Below, one piece after another: positions 24,697 through 38,768 of a stretch of DNA of 64,000 nt (position 1 is the first letter of the stretch; every line of letters starts with the position of its first letter). The position numbers were made by a program, and so were the translations under genes. The notes beneath the pieces are model-generated. The model saw only the letters and a list, made by a program, of their open reading frames with translations. It had not been told where the DNA came from and ran no database searches. Origin of the DNA: Antedon mediterranea (lineage: Eukaryota; Animalia; Echinodermata); assembly GCF_964355755.1 (NCBI RefSeq), contig NC_092671.1, positions 11,842,001 through 11,906,000 of the forward strand. The letters are read 5' to 3'.

Positions 24697-26169
24697 AACT
24701 TAAGCTCCAGTCCTACTATCTGATTTTTTTTTTTCGTCTTCCAAAGGGACACTGTATTGATTGATGGAAAGTGCCTGTTTCCAGTCACCTTTAGGGTCAA
24801 ATCTATTATTTTAACTGCTCCCTTGTGTATAAAAAAGAGAAAATATTTGAAACCAGGTTGTTGCAAGGTGAACTTATCTTAAACCCGGAAATTACTTTGA
24901 CCGGGAAGAATTGAAATTGAGATGAAAATCTAATGTTGAAATCATAAATTTTGTTAAAAAACTCTTTATAACATCTTCCTAAGATAGAAATATGGAACAA
25001 TAGCGTCGATGTGAACACTAATGTTATCAAATCTACGTTTCGCGGTACATCTCAGATAGATAAGGTAAGTATCTAAGGCGGAGATTTGTACCGAAGTTTT
25101 TGCATTGTGCTCGCCTATGTCAGAATTAACCATAATTTATATATAGATGTATAGTTAATATATTAAATAATGGGTTAAGAATCATAAAATCTGCATTGGG
25201 GCTATACGTGCCATTTTTCTGATAAATTACTTTTAAAAATTACAATTAATTTTCTATAATGTAAACTTTGATGTAATATAATACCAATGTGCATTGCTAA
25301 CTCTACAATACTAAAATTCAGCAGCTGCTGCTGCCAAGACATATCTATTTGTTCCATTATTGTTATTCCAAATACCAAAAAATACATGCTGTAGGCATAT
25401 TGTAAATAAGAGCAGAATTTAGTGAAAATATGTTTTATTTACAGATTCAAATCTAGTTCAGTATTTAACAAACATTCTTAATAAAGAAACAGGCGAACAT
25501 GACTCTGAAATACTTGATACTCTAGTTTATAATCTTATAATATATACATATTGATTTAATATGACGACGTTCTGTGTGCAAAAGACATAAAAATCTGAAG
25601 TGTAACTGTTTAAAAACGTCGCGTTGCAATGGTAGATTTGTCCTCTTCGTTACAGTAATGGACAAATGATTAAAGTCGGTGATGTTCTTCCAGCTTTGCC
25701 TCATTAATGCATTGACCACAAGACTATAGAGTAAAAAATAATAGTGATTTAAATATATATATATATTATGTAGACTACGTAACTTGTAGTGAGTTGGAAT
25801 ACGCGTCTGGACGCTGTCAAAAATACCGCAACAAACGTTTTTCTTTAAATGCCGCGCGGTGGGTATATACATTATAATATGTAGCCACATTTCGTAACTG
25901 AAGTAGTTTTATTCGTTAGTTGTGCCTATTTTGATCAGAAGATAATTAATAGATCGGGTAATAAAGTAGGCCTAAAACTGCAATTTTATTAGTTAAGTCG
26001 CATCTGGTATTAAACCTATAGCCTATTATTTTATTTATAGAGTCAGAGTAGTTTTTTTTAGTGAGAAACTCGCCAATTACCGTCGTATAGATAGTAGGCC
26101 TAGTTCATCATTCTCATTTGAGTGAGTCTTAATGAGTGAAGTAGAAAATTAATTTAGTTAGACAACCTT

Positions 26170-27040
26170 AGTCAGGATTGAACCCTGGACCTAGGATGGG
26201 AAGTCCCTAACAACCAAGCTACAGCTCCACTACTAACTGGTCTATATACACAACGTTTTGGTATACCTTTAACTTCATACTGGTCTAGTAGACATACTTC
26301 TACATATGTGCAAACACAAACTGTAATTGCTTATGCCATTACATTTAGCAGAGCAAGAGACTGAAAATAATTTAAAAAAAATTTAATCAGTATTGAAAAT
26401 ATAAGTGACAATTCAACCGTTTTCAGAGCAATAATTTAATAATTTTAGAAATAATGATCAACAAATAGATATTATAATTTTGTTGATAAGAAGAAAGATT
26501 GGATTTTTGAGTTGTCAAAAATTACAATAAAAAAAGAACATTACACCAAGAAATTACAGTAATAGGTTATAATTGTCGTTTGGAAGTGAGTTTAAAAAAT
26601 GGGGAAAGTTATTAATAAACACATGCTTTCCTGCATTTGGTTTATATTTCTTATGAAGCAGTCTATCAGATCTGCATAGAGTAAATTCATCGTTATCAGA
26701 ATAATTAAAATGTGTATGCCATTACACATACGACGGCAACCTGTAATAAAAATATAAGCAATAAGTAATTTAGGGGTGGAGTTGTGGCTTGGTGGTTATG
26801 ATGCTTGGCTACAACTCCAAAGGTCCTGGGTCAAAGTTCCATCACATGTCAGGATTTACAACTCCACTCCCAAAGACTTGTAATAAGACTTTGTTTATGT
26901 AGAGCATCTTGTGTATATGTTTGTCTTGTGAACATCTGAGGGTCCCTTATAATGCGTTGCGTCCAAGTTCAATGCGAACGTACAGCTAGGGGAAGCCCCG
27001 AAAAAAGCGCAAAATTGAATGCTTATTATAGCTCAATATT
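26170..27040. mobile_element. Two degenerate tRNA-derived SINE heads in opposite orientation (about 26170-26230 minus; about 26776-27040 plus)
   Basis: GTGGAG(T/C)TGT(G/A)GCTTGGT(G/T)GTTA A-box-like start and GG(T)TCAA B-box-like motif. Confidence 0.45.
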
Positions 27041-27803
27041 TATTTACATCAATTATTAATTAATTATTTGTTTATATAAATATAAATAGGTATTGATACA
27101 GTTGGGTGGGTGGCCTAGAAAAAAAATCGGTTGCTAAAATGTATACTACAGTACACAGTTACCACAGTTAGTGTACTAAATTATTATTAACATATCCATT
27201 TTTTTAAAAAAGCTTAAGGGTGTCAAATCCAAGATGGCCACCAATACGTAAAATATCCAATAAATGTAGCATATTGGACAAAGTAACACCCATTATGAAT
27301 AATATTTTAAGTTAAAATTAATGCCATATGGGTTCTCTGCTATATAAGAATTATTATAAACCTAAATTCATCAGTATTCTGACATTTTGAATTTCAAGAT
27401 GGCGGCCATTTTTAAAAAATGGATTAAATTTCTTATTAAAACGTGTGTAAGTTAAATTAGATTGAAATGACACCAAATGATATGCCTATGACAACAACAT
27501 GGTGATTAACACAAAATGTTGACCACCAGGAGGTCTACAGTACAGTACACTTCTTCATATTAAAACATCTCATAAACTTCTTCAGTTAAATGACAACTAA
27601 CTCTGGCAAATGAAATATTTCTAATCAGTGAGCTGTGTTGAATGCGATACAGTAAGTTGACCTTCCTTCGTTCTCTACCATTGTATCCATCAAACTTCAA
27701 TAGACTGATCTGTGATCCCAACAAGCTTGTTCAGAAACAAATCAGCAAAAGTAGGCCTACTGCAATACCCCATTTCACCGCCAAATACTCATACTTTCTT
27801 ATA

Positions 27804-30800
27804 CAGTGGGAAAGCCACTTCGCGTTTTGACCGTTAAATCGTGTAAAATCGACTTACTTCCGCATTGACGATTTTGAAGCGCCACCTATCGTTGAAAACT
27901 GAAACCACGATTTTTCGTCGCCTAGCAAATAAGTGCTGTTTTATTTTAAGCTCTCATGAATATTTAAGAACCGCCCAACATTACCTATTATGGTAAAAGC
28001 ATTTCCTAATAAGTATAATTGAATAACCAATCGGTTTCCTTCAAAGAAACCGAAGCTAATACAATACATTCGGCGACTGAAGTCGGGACTCGTGAAATTT
28101 ATAAATGTGGTACGATTTGACTACTGTTTTGTTGTCCATTTTCTGAATAGTCGGAGGTGCATCCCAACAAATTAAAACAATTATAATCAATTGTTTTATC
28201 AAGAATAATATTAGTTTAATCGAGTATGATATATTTCTATCCTGTTCAAAATTTGTTGGTGTATTCTCAGGCCTCGAAAGGTAGGTACATTTTCTAGCTG
28301 TGAGCGTGGTTTCGGCAACGCGAGACACGTGTGTCAGTATAGGCGATAGCGGGACGCGATTTTTTTTTTCGTACATAAGTTGGGGACCCCCTCATGAAAC
28401 GTCACAAAATAAACATGAATAATTCATCAGTTAAATGTTCTTGTTCCGTGTGCACCCAAGCGTATAGCAACAAGAAGTGATTACACAAGTGCGGTACGAT
28501 TCTAGGCCTATCTCCGCGCTGTTGTTGCGGCGTGCGATTTCATAGAATAGCGGCGTTTTGTGTGGATTGTCGAAATAATCAGCCTTTAGTTTATGATAGT
28601 GTTTTTAATATAATTTATTACTAAAGAATTACGTGTTAAAATTATAGTTTCTATTAATACTATTAGGCCTAGGCCTAATTATTAGTCTCTAAACATATGT
28701 CTATTCTAGTAGAGCTGTGTGTGTGTGTGTTATAGGTATGACACAATCCGAGTAATAAGTCAGCAAAATTAAACAATAAACATTACACAAAAATACAGTT
28801 TTTATTCTCGTGGGTCTAATCTTCCCATCTCATGTGTTCATATACGCGCATTTTTAAAGTTCCTTTGAGTACATGCATTGTTTGATAATAAAATAGCAGA
28901 ATTAAAAAAAATACAGTACACAAAATTATACACATTCTTTATTCTTGTGGGTCTAAGCTTTCTTTGGGCTATGTCCAATGAATTACTACTTAGTTTAATG
29001 TCTTGCCTAGCTGTCGATTAGCCTCGACTCGACACATTTTGTGTGAAGAAGAGTGCGCGAAGGCAATCGCGTGAATTGACTTAGAATCCTAGGCCTGCTG
29101 TAGAAAGTATCGTATCGCAGTTGGGTAATCGCTTCTTGTTGCTATACGCTTGGGTGCACACGGAACAACACATTTAATTGATGAATTATTCATGTTTATT
29201 TTGTGACGTTTCATGAGGGGGACCCCAACTTATGTACGAAAAAAAAAATCGCTAGCGGGACGTGTGTTGTACTGTGTTGATGCTGATCCGATAGTCGTTA
29301 AGTTGTACTGATTACGAGTATCATTGGTCCTGGCCGGCCTAGCCTGGTGATCTGATCCCCCCCAAAAAATACTTTTTTTCAATCAGTATTAATATTATTA
29401 TTTTATTTTTCATTTATTATTTGATTTATTAGGCTCAATAGGTGCCTAGCTAGGCTACTAGTAGGCCTAGATTATTATAAATAATAATAGCAAATACTGT
29501 AATATTAATTAATAAAATACAGCTTCCATTTGACATTAACAATTTTTTTAAATAATATTTATTATTTTTTCTGACACTTTCAGGAATCGTTGATGATGCA
29601 GAGTTCTTTGTCTTTGTGACTTCAAACTGAGAGTGAACTGGATAAAAAGATGACACCGGTACCTACCGACATTGTCATACCCAAACTATAATTTAATTAT
29701 TTAAAACAAAATATTGAATTACAAATATATGTATGTTGCAGAGGATTTAGATGAATTACAATACAAATATTTATGTTGTACCTACTACACTATACTCTGT
29801 AAATTATGTTATTGTCATGTGGTAGACCTTAAAAATTGAATATTTATTGTATGTTAGGCCTATTTTATATTTTATTAATACTGTATTAGTTTAATATTAC
29901 TATTAATTTATATTATAGAGTAGGCCTACTAGTTTGTACATGTTTTTACCTAAAAAAAATGAATAAATAATTTGTTATTCAATCTAATTGCTTGTTTGTT
30001 CATCAATAACAAAACAATTGTAAGCAAGTATATAACAGTTCTTGTTAGCCGGTTATTTCAGGTCATATTATTAATATTAGCTAGGCCCGACGCGCCCGAT
30101 CACAACGTCACTAAGTGACTTTCCGCCCCTGGAACAATCGCTCGCTAATAGGGCTAGGCCTCGGACTCGTATAAAAGCTATTATAATAGTTATGATAAAT
30201 ATTCCTCAACTAAAATGTATACTGTGATAAATAAACAAGTAATAATATACGTTGTATTGGAATGTATTTATTTATATGAATTCTTATACGCGGACAATTA
30301 TAAACATCGCTTATATCGTTCGCTATAAATAAATTCATAAACACGATGACGATGTGTTTACAAAATGGCGGTTTCGCTAGTTTTCGATGGAACAAATAGT
30401 GGTACCTTTAGTTTGAATAGTCGGAGCTGCATCCCAACCACCGAATTTTGTATCTTAATATCGTATTCTGTAGATTATTAATTTTTCTAACAGGGATTTT
30501 AAATTCAGGACTGTTCAATTTTTCTAAATATTTTATTTTAACGATTTTCTAGGGTACAATTTCGGAAAAAAGACATTGGTTGATTTTGCCGTTAAATTAC
30601 AGATTATCGTTTTGTTCAAATACATTTAATTTTACACGACAATATATTAAAACCATTTATGAATTTATTTCACTAACAATATTTTTCCGATAATCAGCTA
30701 AATTTACAAATATTGTGTTTTTCCAACACCCTAAAATTTAGCAATTTTGAACTAAATTAGAAAAGTAGGGCGCCCTCTCCGAGTCAAAATTTGACACGAT

Positions 30801-30822
30801 TTGTCGACTGGCTGTCCCACTG
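27804..30822. mobile_element. Older DNA transposon remnant hosting the MULE-like MITE
   Basis: Imperfect TIRs CAGTGGGAAAGCCA / TGGCTGTCCCACTG; superfamily not assignable. Confidence 0.45.
28356..29252. mobile_element. MULE/Mutator-like MITE
   Basis: About 130-bp TIRs (GCGATTTTTTTTTTCGTACATAAGTTGGGG...); exact 9-bp TSD TAGCGGGAC. Confidence 0.85.
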
Positions 30823-30839
30823 TTATATACAGTACTGTA

Positions 30840-32060
30840 ATTTGATACGACAAAGAATCTCTATAGGAGTCCTCTTTTACTTTGATAAGTTTGTCCCCTG
30901 CATTCATCGTCATATATATTTTTGCCAATATTCGTCCTTTTCTTAGGATCCCATATAGACAGTTTACCTTCTACGAGACTTTCACCAATGCCTCAAACAT
31001 TTTCTCTCCAATGTCATCATGCCATGGCCAACAAACAACTCTGTGAGAATTGCAGCATTCTTCATTAATCGGGATATCATCTCTCTTTAAATGCTGGCTT
31101 TCAAACTCATCAACTAGATTTGCCAGCTCTGATGAAATCATTAATTTGTGTTATTCCAATGACACCACGCTCAATGACCTTGATCAATTGATGTAAATCC
31201 AGCAAGTCCCTTTGTCACACATACATGTCTTCTCCACTCCAATATCTGTAATTTTTTTCAGTAATCTGTTGAAAGTGATACAGCGGAAGTAACCGGCCAT
31301 AGAAATATTTGATAAAAGCATGTGTACTTTCCATGTGTGCAGATGTCTTGTGTCTCAGACATATACTGTATGGGATAGTTTACCCACATCATTTAGATTT
31401 CGTCGACTCTCTGTATTCAAGTTAATATCTTTATGAACGGCGTCTTTCAAACAAAATGATACGTCACTTAGAATCTCTTTCTCTGTCTGCATTTTTCCTA
31501 GAAAAGTGTCAGAAGTTGTAGAGAGAAAGCAGAGTTAGTATGTGCTTCTGTGACGTCCTTTAGAGATGTTTTCCATTTAAGATATTTGTGTCACTGTTGT
31601 ATAGGTAATACAAGTTCAGTTTCAACAAAAGCACTGGCCTCAACACTATTTTCACAATGCTACATGTCAAAAAGTCATATAATTCACCAAGTCGAAATAA
31701 GAATTGCTTCTTGATGTCATCTCTGTCCACCTCCACTCATCTCGGGCAAGAGTCATCACCAGGTATTATCTTGTCTTTCTCCAGTAGGCCTACATGAGTT
31801 TTTATACCACAACCATGTGCACTCAAACCAGTGTATAATGGTGGTCCATCTGTAGGGGGTACATATCTAATGAAATCGGTTGAGATTGTAGAAGATGAGA
31901 AGTGGAGTTAATGCTGCCTATGAAGCTTGTGAATGAGCTGCTGTATCTTTATTTCCTTCAAGCTTCTGCCAAAAGTTAACAGGTTGAAAACTTACCAACC
32001 ATACTGGTGACTATGGCCCTGAAGGTTCAGACATTGCATGAATTACATGACCATAACGCA
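30840..32060 (-). pseudogene. Heavily decayed coding-like sequence, possibly an Academ-type transposase
   Basis: Broken frames with motifs such as DIGEKMFEA, GKLSIWDPKKR and GVIGITQ; many stops. Confidence 0.25.
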
Positions 32061-32717
32061 TTTATTATTTAATATCATATTTATACAGGATTTCACAATA
32101 AGGTATAAATACAGTTGTTTTTTCCTGTCTGAGATACAAAAATTGAAATACAAGTTTCACTTTTATGAAAAAAAATGAGATCTATAATTTAGATTTAGAA
32201 GTAATTGTAGTTGAATATTTGATATCAATGTAAGTTGTTCCATTCTTTTGCAACTCCAACTGAACGATCAGGTAATCTAAGAGTCATAGTGGGGTATTAT
32301 ATTATCTATTATAAAGAGAACATATAAGAGGCATTGACAGCCTTATATTTTGACAATCCTATGAGAAGTGACTATTTTAGAATATTGTGTACAAACAACA
32401 AACATTATTTAAAGAATTTAATTTTTAGTGGCGGCAATTTTGAAATTCAAGATGGCCGACAGATTATCGCTTTACATAGTTAAGATTGTATAATGGGTAA
32501 TACCATCAAAACGGACTTTTTCCACATCCATAATTTGTGTTACTGGTGATATTCTGATTTTAAATAGGGTTATTTGAATGTTGGCGGCCATCTTGAATTT
32601 GGTCCTTTAAATGTCTTTAGAAAAAATGGCAACAAATTTTTTTTTTCATTACTTATATTATGAAGATATGAAATAAAAAATATACACCACATTCATATAA
32701 ACGACATAACAGCCTAC

Positions 32718-32985
32718 ACTACACCTACAGACCAGTATTTGAACTTCAAATCAAATCATCCTCTTGAGCATACGCTGAGTGTCGTTAATACATTAGTGGA
32801 CAGATGCCAAACATCGTAACAACACAGCAGAGCAAAATAGAAGAGATGAATCACATAAGAAAGGTACCTAATATTTGTGAAGATCACATTAGTACACCCA
32901 AAAGATAAGATTAAGTCGGAAGACACAAGTGGAGTAGTGTATGGTGTCCCCTGTATGAATTGTAACCAAATATACGTACATAGGA
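32718..32985 (+). mobile_element. Penelope/Poseidon-type fragment (RT thumb and start of GIY-YIG), internally deleted
   Basis: TPTDQYLNFKSNHPLEHTLSVVNTL and LVHPKDKI...GVVYGVPCMNCNQIY. Confidence 0.75.
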
Positions 32986-32999
32986 TAAACCGGTAGAAA

Positions 33000-35900
33000 A
33001 CTGGGAACAGCTCCTCCAACGTTCGATCGCCCACAAGGGCTGGTACAATTAGATTTAATGACAGAATAGTGGAGCTAAATTGCGATCTTGAAAGACTTTT
33101 CAGCGACAAGCAAAATACCCTGTTTTGGAAACATAGAGGTCTATGGAAAGATTTCTCGCACTTTCTACATGCAGACGGAATTCACATGAGCCATTACAGC
33201 ACACCTGGTCTCCCTACGGGCATGTGTAAATATATGAGGAGCATACGAGGAGCAATACTACAAGCAGAAAAGAACTAAAAAGGCCAGTATGTCACACACA
33301 TGTTAATTAACATGTGATTCAAATTATCTTTATAAAATGACGTTGTTCATCTCTAATTTGTTCATAATAACAAACTAAACAAGGATTGACAACAATTTCT
33401 GTGTGTTATCATCTTCGAAGATAGTTTAATCATGTAACTCATGGTGTTATTGGTCCAATGTTTGATATTGTTTATTCACGGCATTCTATACCGTGTTTGA
33501 TTATGTAACTCATGGTGTGTCTATACTACCATGTTTGATATTGTTTACTCACGGCATTCTATGCCGTGTTTAATTATGTAACTCATGGTGTGTCTATACT
33601 ACCATGTTTGATATTGTTTAACTCACGGCATTCTATACCGTGTAACTCACCCAAGCGGGTTAATGAGAAAACTTACCAACCAAAGTAATTCATGTGTTTT
33701 TCTTTAGGGGCAATGCCAAAAGCAAAGTCAAAATGCCGCTCATAAAGTGCGCCAGTGGCATCAGAGAAACAGGTAACAACAAAGAGGCACCGTACAACAA
33801 GAGCTGCGGTGACCACACAGATAGAGCTGACTTACGAAATTGACTATGCCAAACTGGCAACCGAAATGGCGAAACACATGGGAGACGCACATCACAACTC
33901 CACCAACAGTTCGAAATGTCACGGACCCGATGACAAAATCTCTGGACATCGTACAAGACGAACAGGCAGATGTGTTTGTACCTATAATGGATTCTATTGC
34001 ACTTGGGTCAGGGCTTTCCTCTGCCATAAAGACAAAAATTTGGAATGACCAATACATGGAACTTAAGTCGCTTTTAATGTGTGTCCATTGGAGATAACCT
34101 ACTTAAGATAGATCAAGGGCAAAAGAATGTAACATTGAGTATCCTGGAGTGGCACCGGACCTTTTTAGTTTACATGGCAGTCTACACGGAAAAATTCCCG
34201 GAGGAGGGTCGTAACCTAATGAAATACGCCAGTAATATTTTAGAGCTGCACGCAAGCTGTACAAATGGGGCCTCATGGCGTGTATACGACGAGAAATTCA
34301 GGCGAGCTCGTCAGGGACATACCCTGCGCTTGGAGGCTCTCCATACAGAACTGATGCTGAAGTTGGTGACATGCCAAACGACACCTACGAGTTATACTCC
34401 AAAGCCTGTGAGCAACCAGCCCTTTCGATCACGCGTCCCGAGTTGGGGGTACCACTCGGGAGGGCCATGTGCAAGCCAGCCGTGCGCGTATAAACACACC
34501 TGTCCACGTTGTGAACTCTCACATCCACATTTTCCCAAAACAACGTTTCAGACCGGGAGGACAGTTTCGCCAAAACGACGGGAAGGGAATCCCTTTCGAA
34601 AACCCAGCAGTTAGGCAGGCAAAACCCAGTACTGCCAACACCGGTAAAAGCTAATCAGTTAGCTCACTATCTTTCAGGCTACATACCACACCGTGCTAAC
34701 ATTATTATTTCAGGTTTCACACAAGGCTTTAAATTGGAGTGCATTAATCCACCCTCACCAAACATTGCACCCTAGCCCACCCAGTCCAAGTTGAAAACTT
34801 TATTTTCAAAGGCATTCAACGAGGCCGGTTAGCAGGTGCATTCACTTCACCGCCGTTCAGTAATTTTGTGGGGTCACCCTTAGGCGTGATTCCCAAGAGT
34901 GAGGTCGGAAAATTCAAAATCTGTCTTATCCAGTAAATTTTGGCATTCCTACAGAAGCCTCAGTCGTCACTTACGATTCGATCGACTGCGTGCTGAAGCT
35001 TATCTTAAAATATGGTAGGCATTGCCTGATGGCCAAAACAGACATAGAAGACGCGTTCAGAATAATACCGATTATTATCTCTTGGGTTTTACATAGGATA
35101 ACCTTTATTACTACGAGGAATGCCTGCCAATGGGGTCCAGTAGATCTTGTCAGGTATTCGAAATGTTTAGCTGTGCGTTAATATGGATTATGAAAACCAA
35201 ATTTAACATAATTGATTCGTCTCATATTTTGGACGATTTTTTCTTTATAGGTTCCACTGGCACAACGGATTGTCGCGAAGCAATAACCAGGTTTCTGTTT
35301 CTTTGCAGTATAGGGGTTCCAATAAAAGAATCGAAAACAGTGACACCAACGACAAAGCTAACAATCTACGGCATAGAGGTGGACAAAGTCTTAGTTACCT
35401 TCTTAAATAAGAAAAAGGCTACGCTCCGGGAGCTACAATCATTAATAGGGCTGTTGAACTACGCGTGCGCAGTAGTACCTGGACGCACATTCTTGCGTAG
35501 GCTAATAAATTTACTATCCAAAGCAAACCGTCCCAATCATTTCGTTAGATTGGGAAGCGAAGTAAAAAAAGACATACAAATGTGGCGGAGTTTCCTACAA
35601 CAGTTCAATGGGAAAGCCCTAATTTTACCCGAGCAGTGGACTGATTCGGAAACTTTAAGAATGTTTACGGACGCGTCAATCGGATGTGCGGAGATACTCG
35701 GCGCCGAATGTTTTGCATTGGAATGGCCCGAGACATTCGTTGGCCACTCAATTGCAGTGCTCGAGCTGTTCCCTATCATACTCGCCCTAGGTGCCGAAAC
35801 TAGCAGACAAGAACATTTTATTTCTTCGGACAACCAAGCGGTTTGCACGGTAATTAATAAGAAAACCGCTAAGGATCCGATCCTCCTAATACTATTGCGC

Positions 35901-36060
35901 CGGATGGTCCTTCGCTGCCTGAACTACAATATTATGTTGAAGGCGCAACGCATACCTGGGTCTTCTATCAAGATTGCAGGTGGAAAAAGGCAAAGTCCTT
36001 ATACCCATTCCTAGCTTCACGCCCCACTGAAGTCCAGCAAGGGCTGCTTCAGTTGTAACT
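33000..36060 (+). mobile_element. Decayed DIRS/Ngaro-type retrotransposon: SGNH-like fragment, gag-like ORF, RT-RNase H; no tyrosine recombinase seen
   Basis: gag-like KIWNDQYMELKSLL and WRVYDEKFRR; RT AKTDIEDAFRIIP, PMG, HILDDFF; RNase H FTDAS, IAVLELFPI, SDNQAV; upstream LHADGIHM. Confidence 0.8.
33425..33650 (+). repeat. About three copies of a 72-bp tandem repeat upstream of the gag-like ORF
   Basis: ATGTAACTCATGGTGT...CACGGCATTCTATACCGTGT repeated. Confidence 0.8.
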
Positions 36061-36384
36061 AAATAGAACTTTTTATCTCAAAATAACAGCGTTTTTCCTC
36101 TTTTGCAGTTTCTCCTTCTACAACTCTCAATTCAAATACAAATATTAAAGTGAGAATTAGGAGGTTCAGCTGGGGCAGCTTCTTAATAATTTTAAACTTT
36201 TAACCCAAATCTGGCACGGGATCGTATACTCCAATCCCTGGTTCTGGGGTTCCTCTTGTTTGTCTGGGCGGTAACCCATCGAGATGGGTTTTTTGGCGCG
36301 GTTACCCAGACTTAAGGGGATCAAAACGACATGCTGGGGTTATAGGAATATAATATATAGGATTATTACGATTAATTAATTGTA

Positions 36385-37675
36385 CTAGATGGTACGCTCA
36401 CTTCGCTCGCGTACCATCTAGGTCGTGTCCACAGATGGTTCTCGAATACACAGTAATTTCAGCGTAAAAAAACTGGCGATTTCAAAACGTACCGCAGGAT
36501 TATAAATACATTGTCGTTTTCAGAAACGAATAAATAGACACGATAATTAATGTAGTCAACTAAAATTAAACTTGTCTTAAAAATGAGTCTAATTTTTTTA
36601 TTTGAACTCATTTAAACAAACCCAATTTGTATTTTGTATAGAGTTGAGGGATGGGGAAGAGGATGGGAAGAGCAATTTTTAAATATATTCTTTATCCACT
36701 GAGTAACGAAATATTGTTTTGAATGTTTTATAGGCCTATCAATAATATACCACTAAACACAGTAAAACATTTACGATTTCATACGTTTTTAAAACTGTCA
36801 CTGTTATAGTCGATTGAAATAGTAAAGTACATGTAACGATACACCACTACGACGTTTATATTTTTTATAATTATTAATTAATACAAACGTTGAGAAGCAA
36901 CTGTCAGTAATAAAGTTTTTATTTGTATATTATGTGTTTATTATATCCAGCAGTAGTATCCTACCCACAGTCACAGTAATAAATGTTCTTTGTATATGTG
37001 TTTATATATCTAACAGTAACCACATTCACAGTAAGAAAATTTCGATTCAAATGGCGACCAAAAATGGTTAATGCGTATTTACAATATTGTCAAAATATTG
37101 CAATACTATTATTATCTCAGTTTTAAGTTTATTCTCCAGGGCCTATACATTTACCTACTTGTGTTAAACCAAGGGCTCATACATTTACCTACAAACTGGG
37201 AGTCTGAGAGATTGGAATGTTCCATTCATCGCCAAGCAACCCTTTTGTATAAACATATATTAAATCTATCAAAATAGTATTTCTTAAAGAAAATCGGCCT
37301 GTCTTCAACATTATGATGCTGTACTGGAGCTGTTCAACCGGTTTTCAGCTATTAAAAACAGTTGTCGTAGGAAGAGATAGGAAATTGCGAAGCATCCTCG
37401 TATTATTGTGTGCGGGTATTTTTCAAGATGGACATTCATTATACAGTGTATACAGCGATCGGAAAACACCCTATTTGGGGCAAATCGTTGAACCTAAATT
37501 CGTTTTAATTGTCAATAACTAATTACCTAACTCAAATTAATTAGTAAATAGGTTTACACCAGGTGGTTAAAATCAGTACCGAAAGTACGAACCAACTTTA
37601 TATACCATCAAGTAAAAATTCTAGAAATAACGCGCGATTTTCCGAATTTTGCCCTTACGTAAATTTATATATAGA
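36385..37675 (-). mobile_element. Helitron of the same family (complete, reverse)
   Basis: Reverse-complement TC start, hairpin and CTAG end; A|T target. Confidence 0.85.
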
Positions 37676-38015
37676 TTACAATAAATGTATGCCATGTTCC
37701 GTACTTGTATCAATACTATAATTGTAGACATAGTAAATCATTCTTGCATAAGTTTTAGCAAAACATTTATCCATTTAATACAGAGGTGTGTGCCTCTGGC
37801 CCTTATAGGTTTTAATACGAATGTATGTAGGCCTACTTTATATGAATTTATGTAGATTTCAAAATACTCTAGTTATATAGTGTAGTACGAATTTTAGGTG
37901 ATTATAACAGTCTTAGATAAACTTATGCAATTAGGATATTAACTACGGTATATGATTATATATACTGTGCCTTTAATTGGTGATAATTACGATGTACGGC
38001 CGGCCGTGTCTATAT

Positions 38016-38470
38016 TTTATTGTGTAATAGCACGGCCGATACGTTTACTTATAGCATAAGTTTATCATCGTCATTTAATTTAATAAATGACATTTCCATC
38101 CAATATTTCGTGTACTCGCCAGTCGGGACACAAAGAGGGAATATCACTAATAAGAGAGGATGGCAAGAAGCAATTATAATTAGAAAAACTGCAAAAACAT
38201 GAACAGATATCAAGGAGGAAAGTGGCTGCCACACATATACGATGATCTATTAGAAGTGAGACGGCCGACCGGGGCGGACCCCTCTGGGACTACTCACCCA
38301 GAGGTTTTCAAGTAACAACATATAGAGGGTGCGTGTCACAAAAACATCACGTGACTATGCCATGATCAGTGTCGGCAAACCAAGTTGACATCACAACCTT
38401 GAGAAAGTGCGATTATAACGCATGAAACGTTGGGTAAATTTCAACGTAACCTTGTTCCTTCACCATAAAC
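38016..38470 (-). other. Putative 3' UTR segment of the gene family with AATAAA at about 38016-38021
   Basis: Homologous to about 482-810 (downstream end of copy A) and to 51277-51659; tttatt on + strand. Confidence 0.35.
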
Positions 38471-38768
38471 GAAATTATTTTCAAACAATTTAATTTAGAT
38501 ATTAAAGCAACTACAAATTTACAGAATACAAACATTTAAATAAATCTTAAAACTGTGTATACTTCTACCTAACCATAAAGAGAGCTATGTTCTTTATAAG
38601 AAACTAAGGATGAATTTTTATATAATTTTTTTTATTTTCTTCTTGTGTTTTTTGCTCTTCTTTTTTTGGCAAAATAAATTAAACCCCCCCCCCCCCAAAA
38701 TGATCAGACAAACACTTTAATTGATGTAGTAGTTAATGCAACAACGATAAAACCCCAGTTCACCTATG

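Noticed and set aside
24800-26760. Short ORFs and isolated splice-like sites suggesting another host gene
   Set aside because: No consistent exon chain or recognisable protein motif
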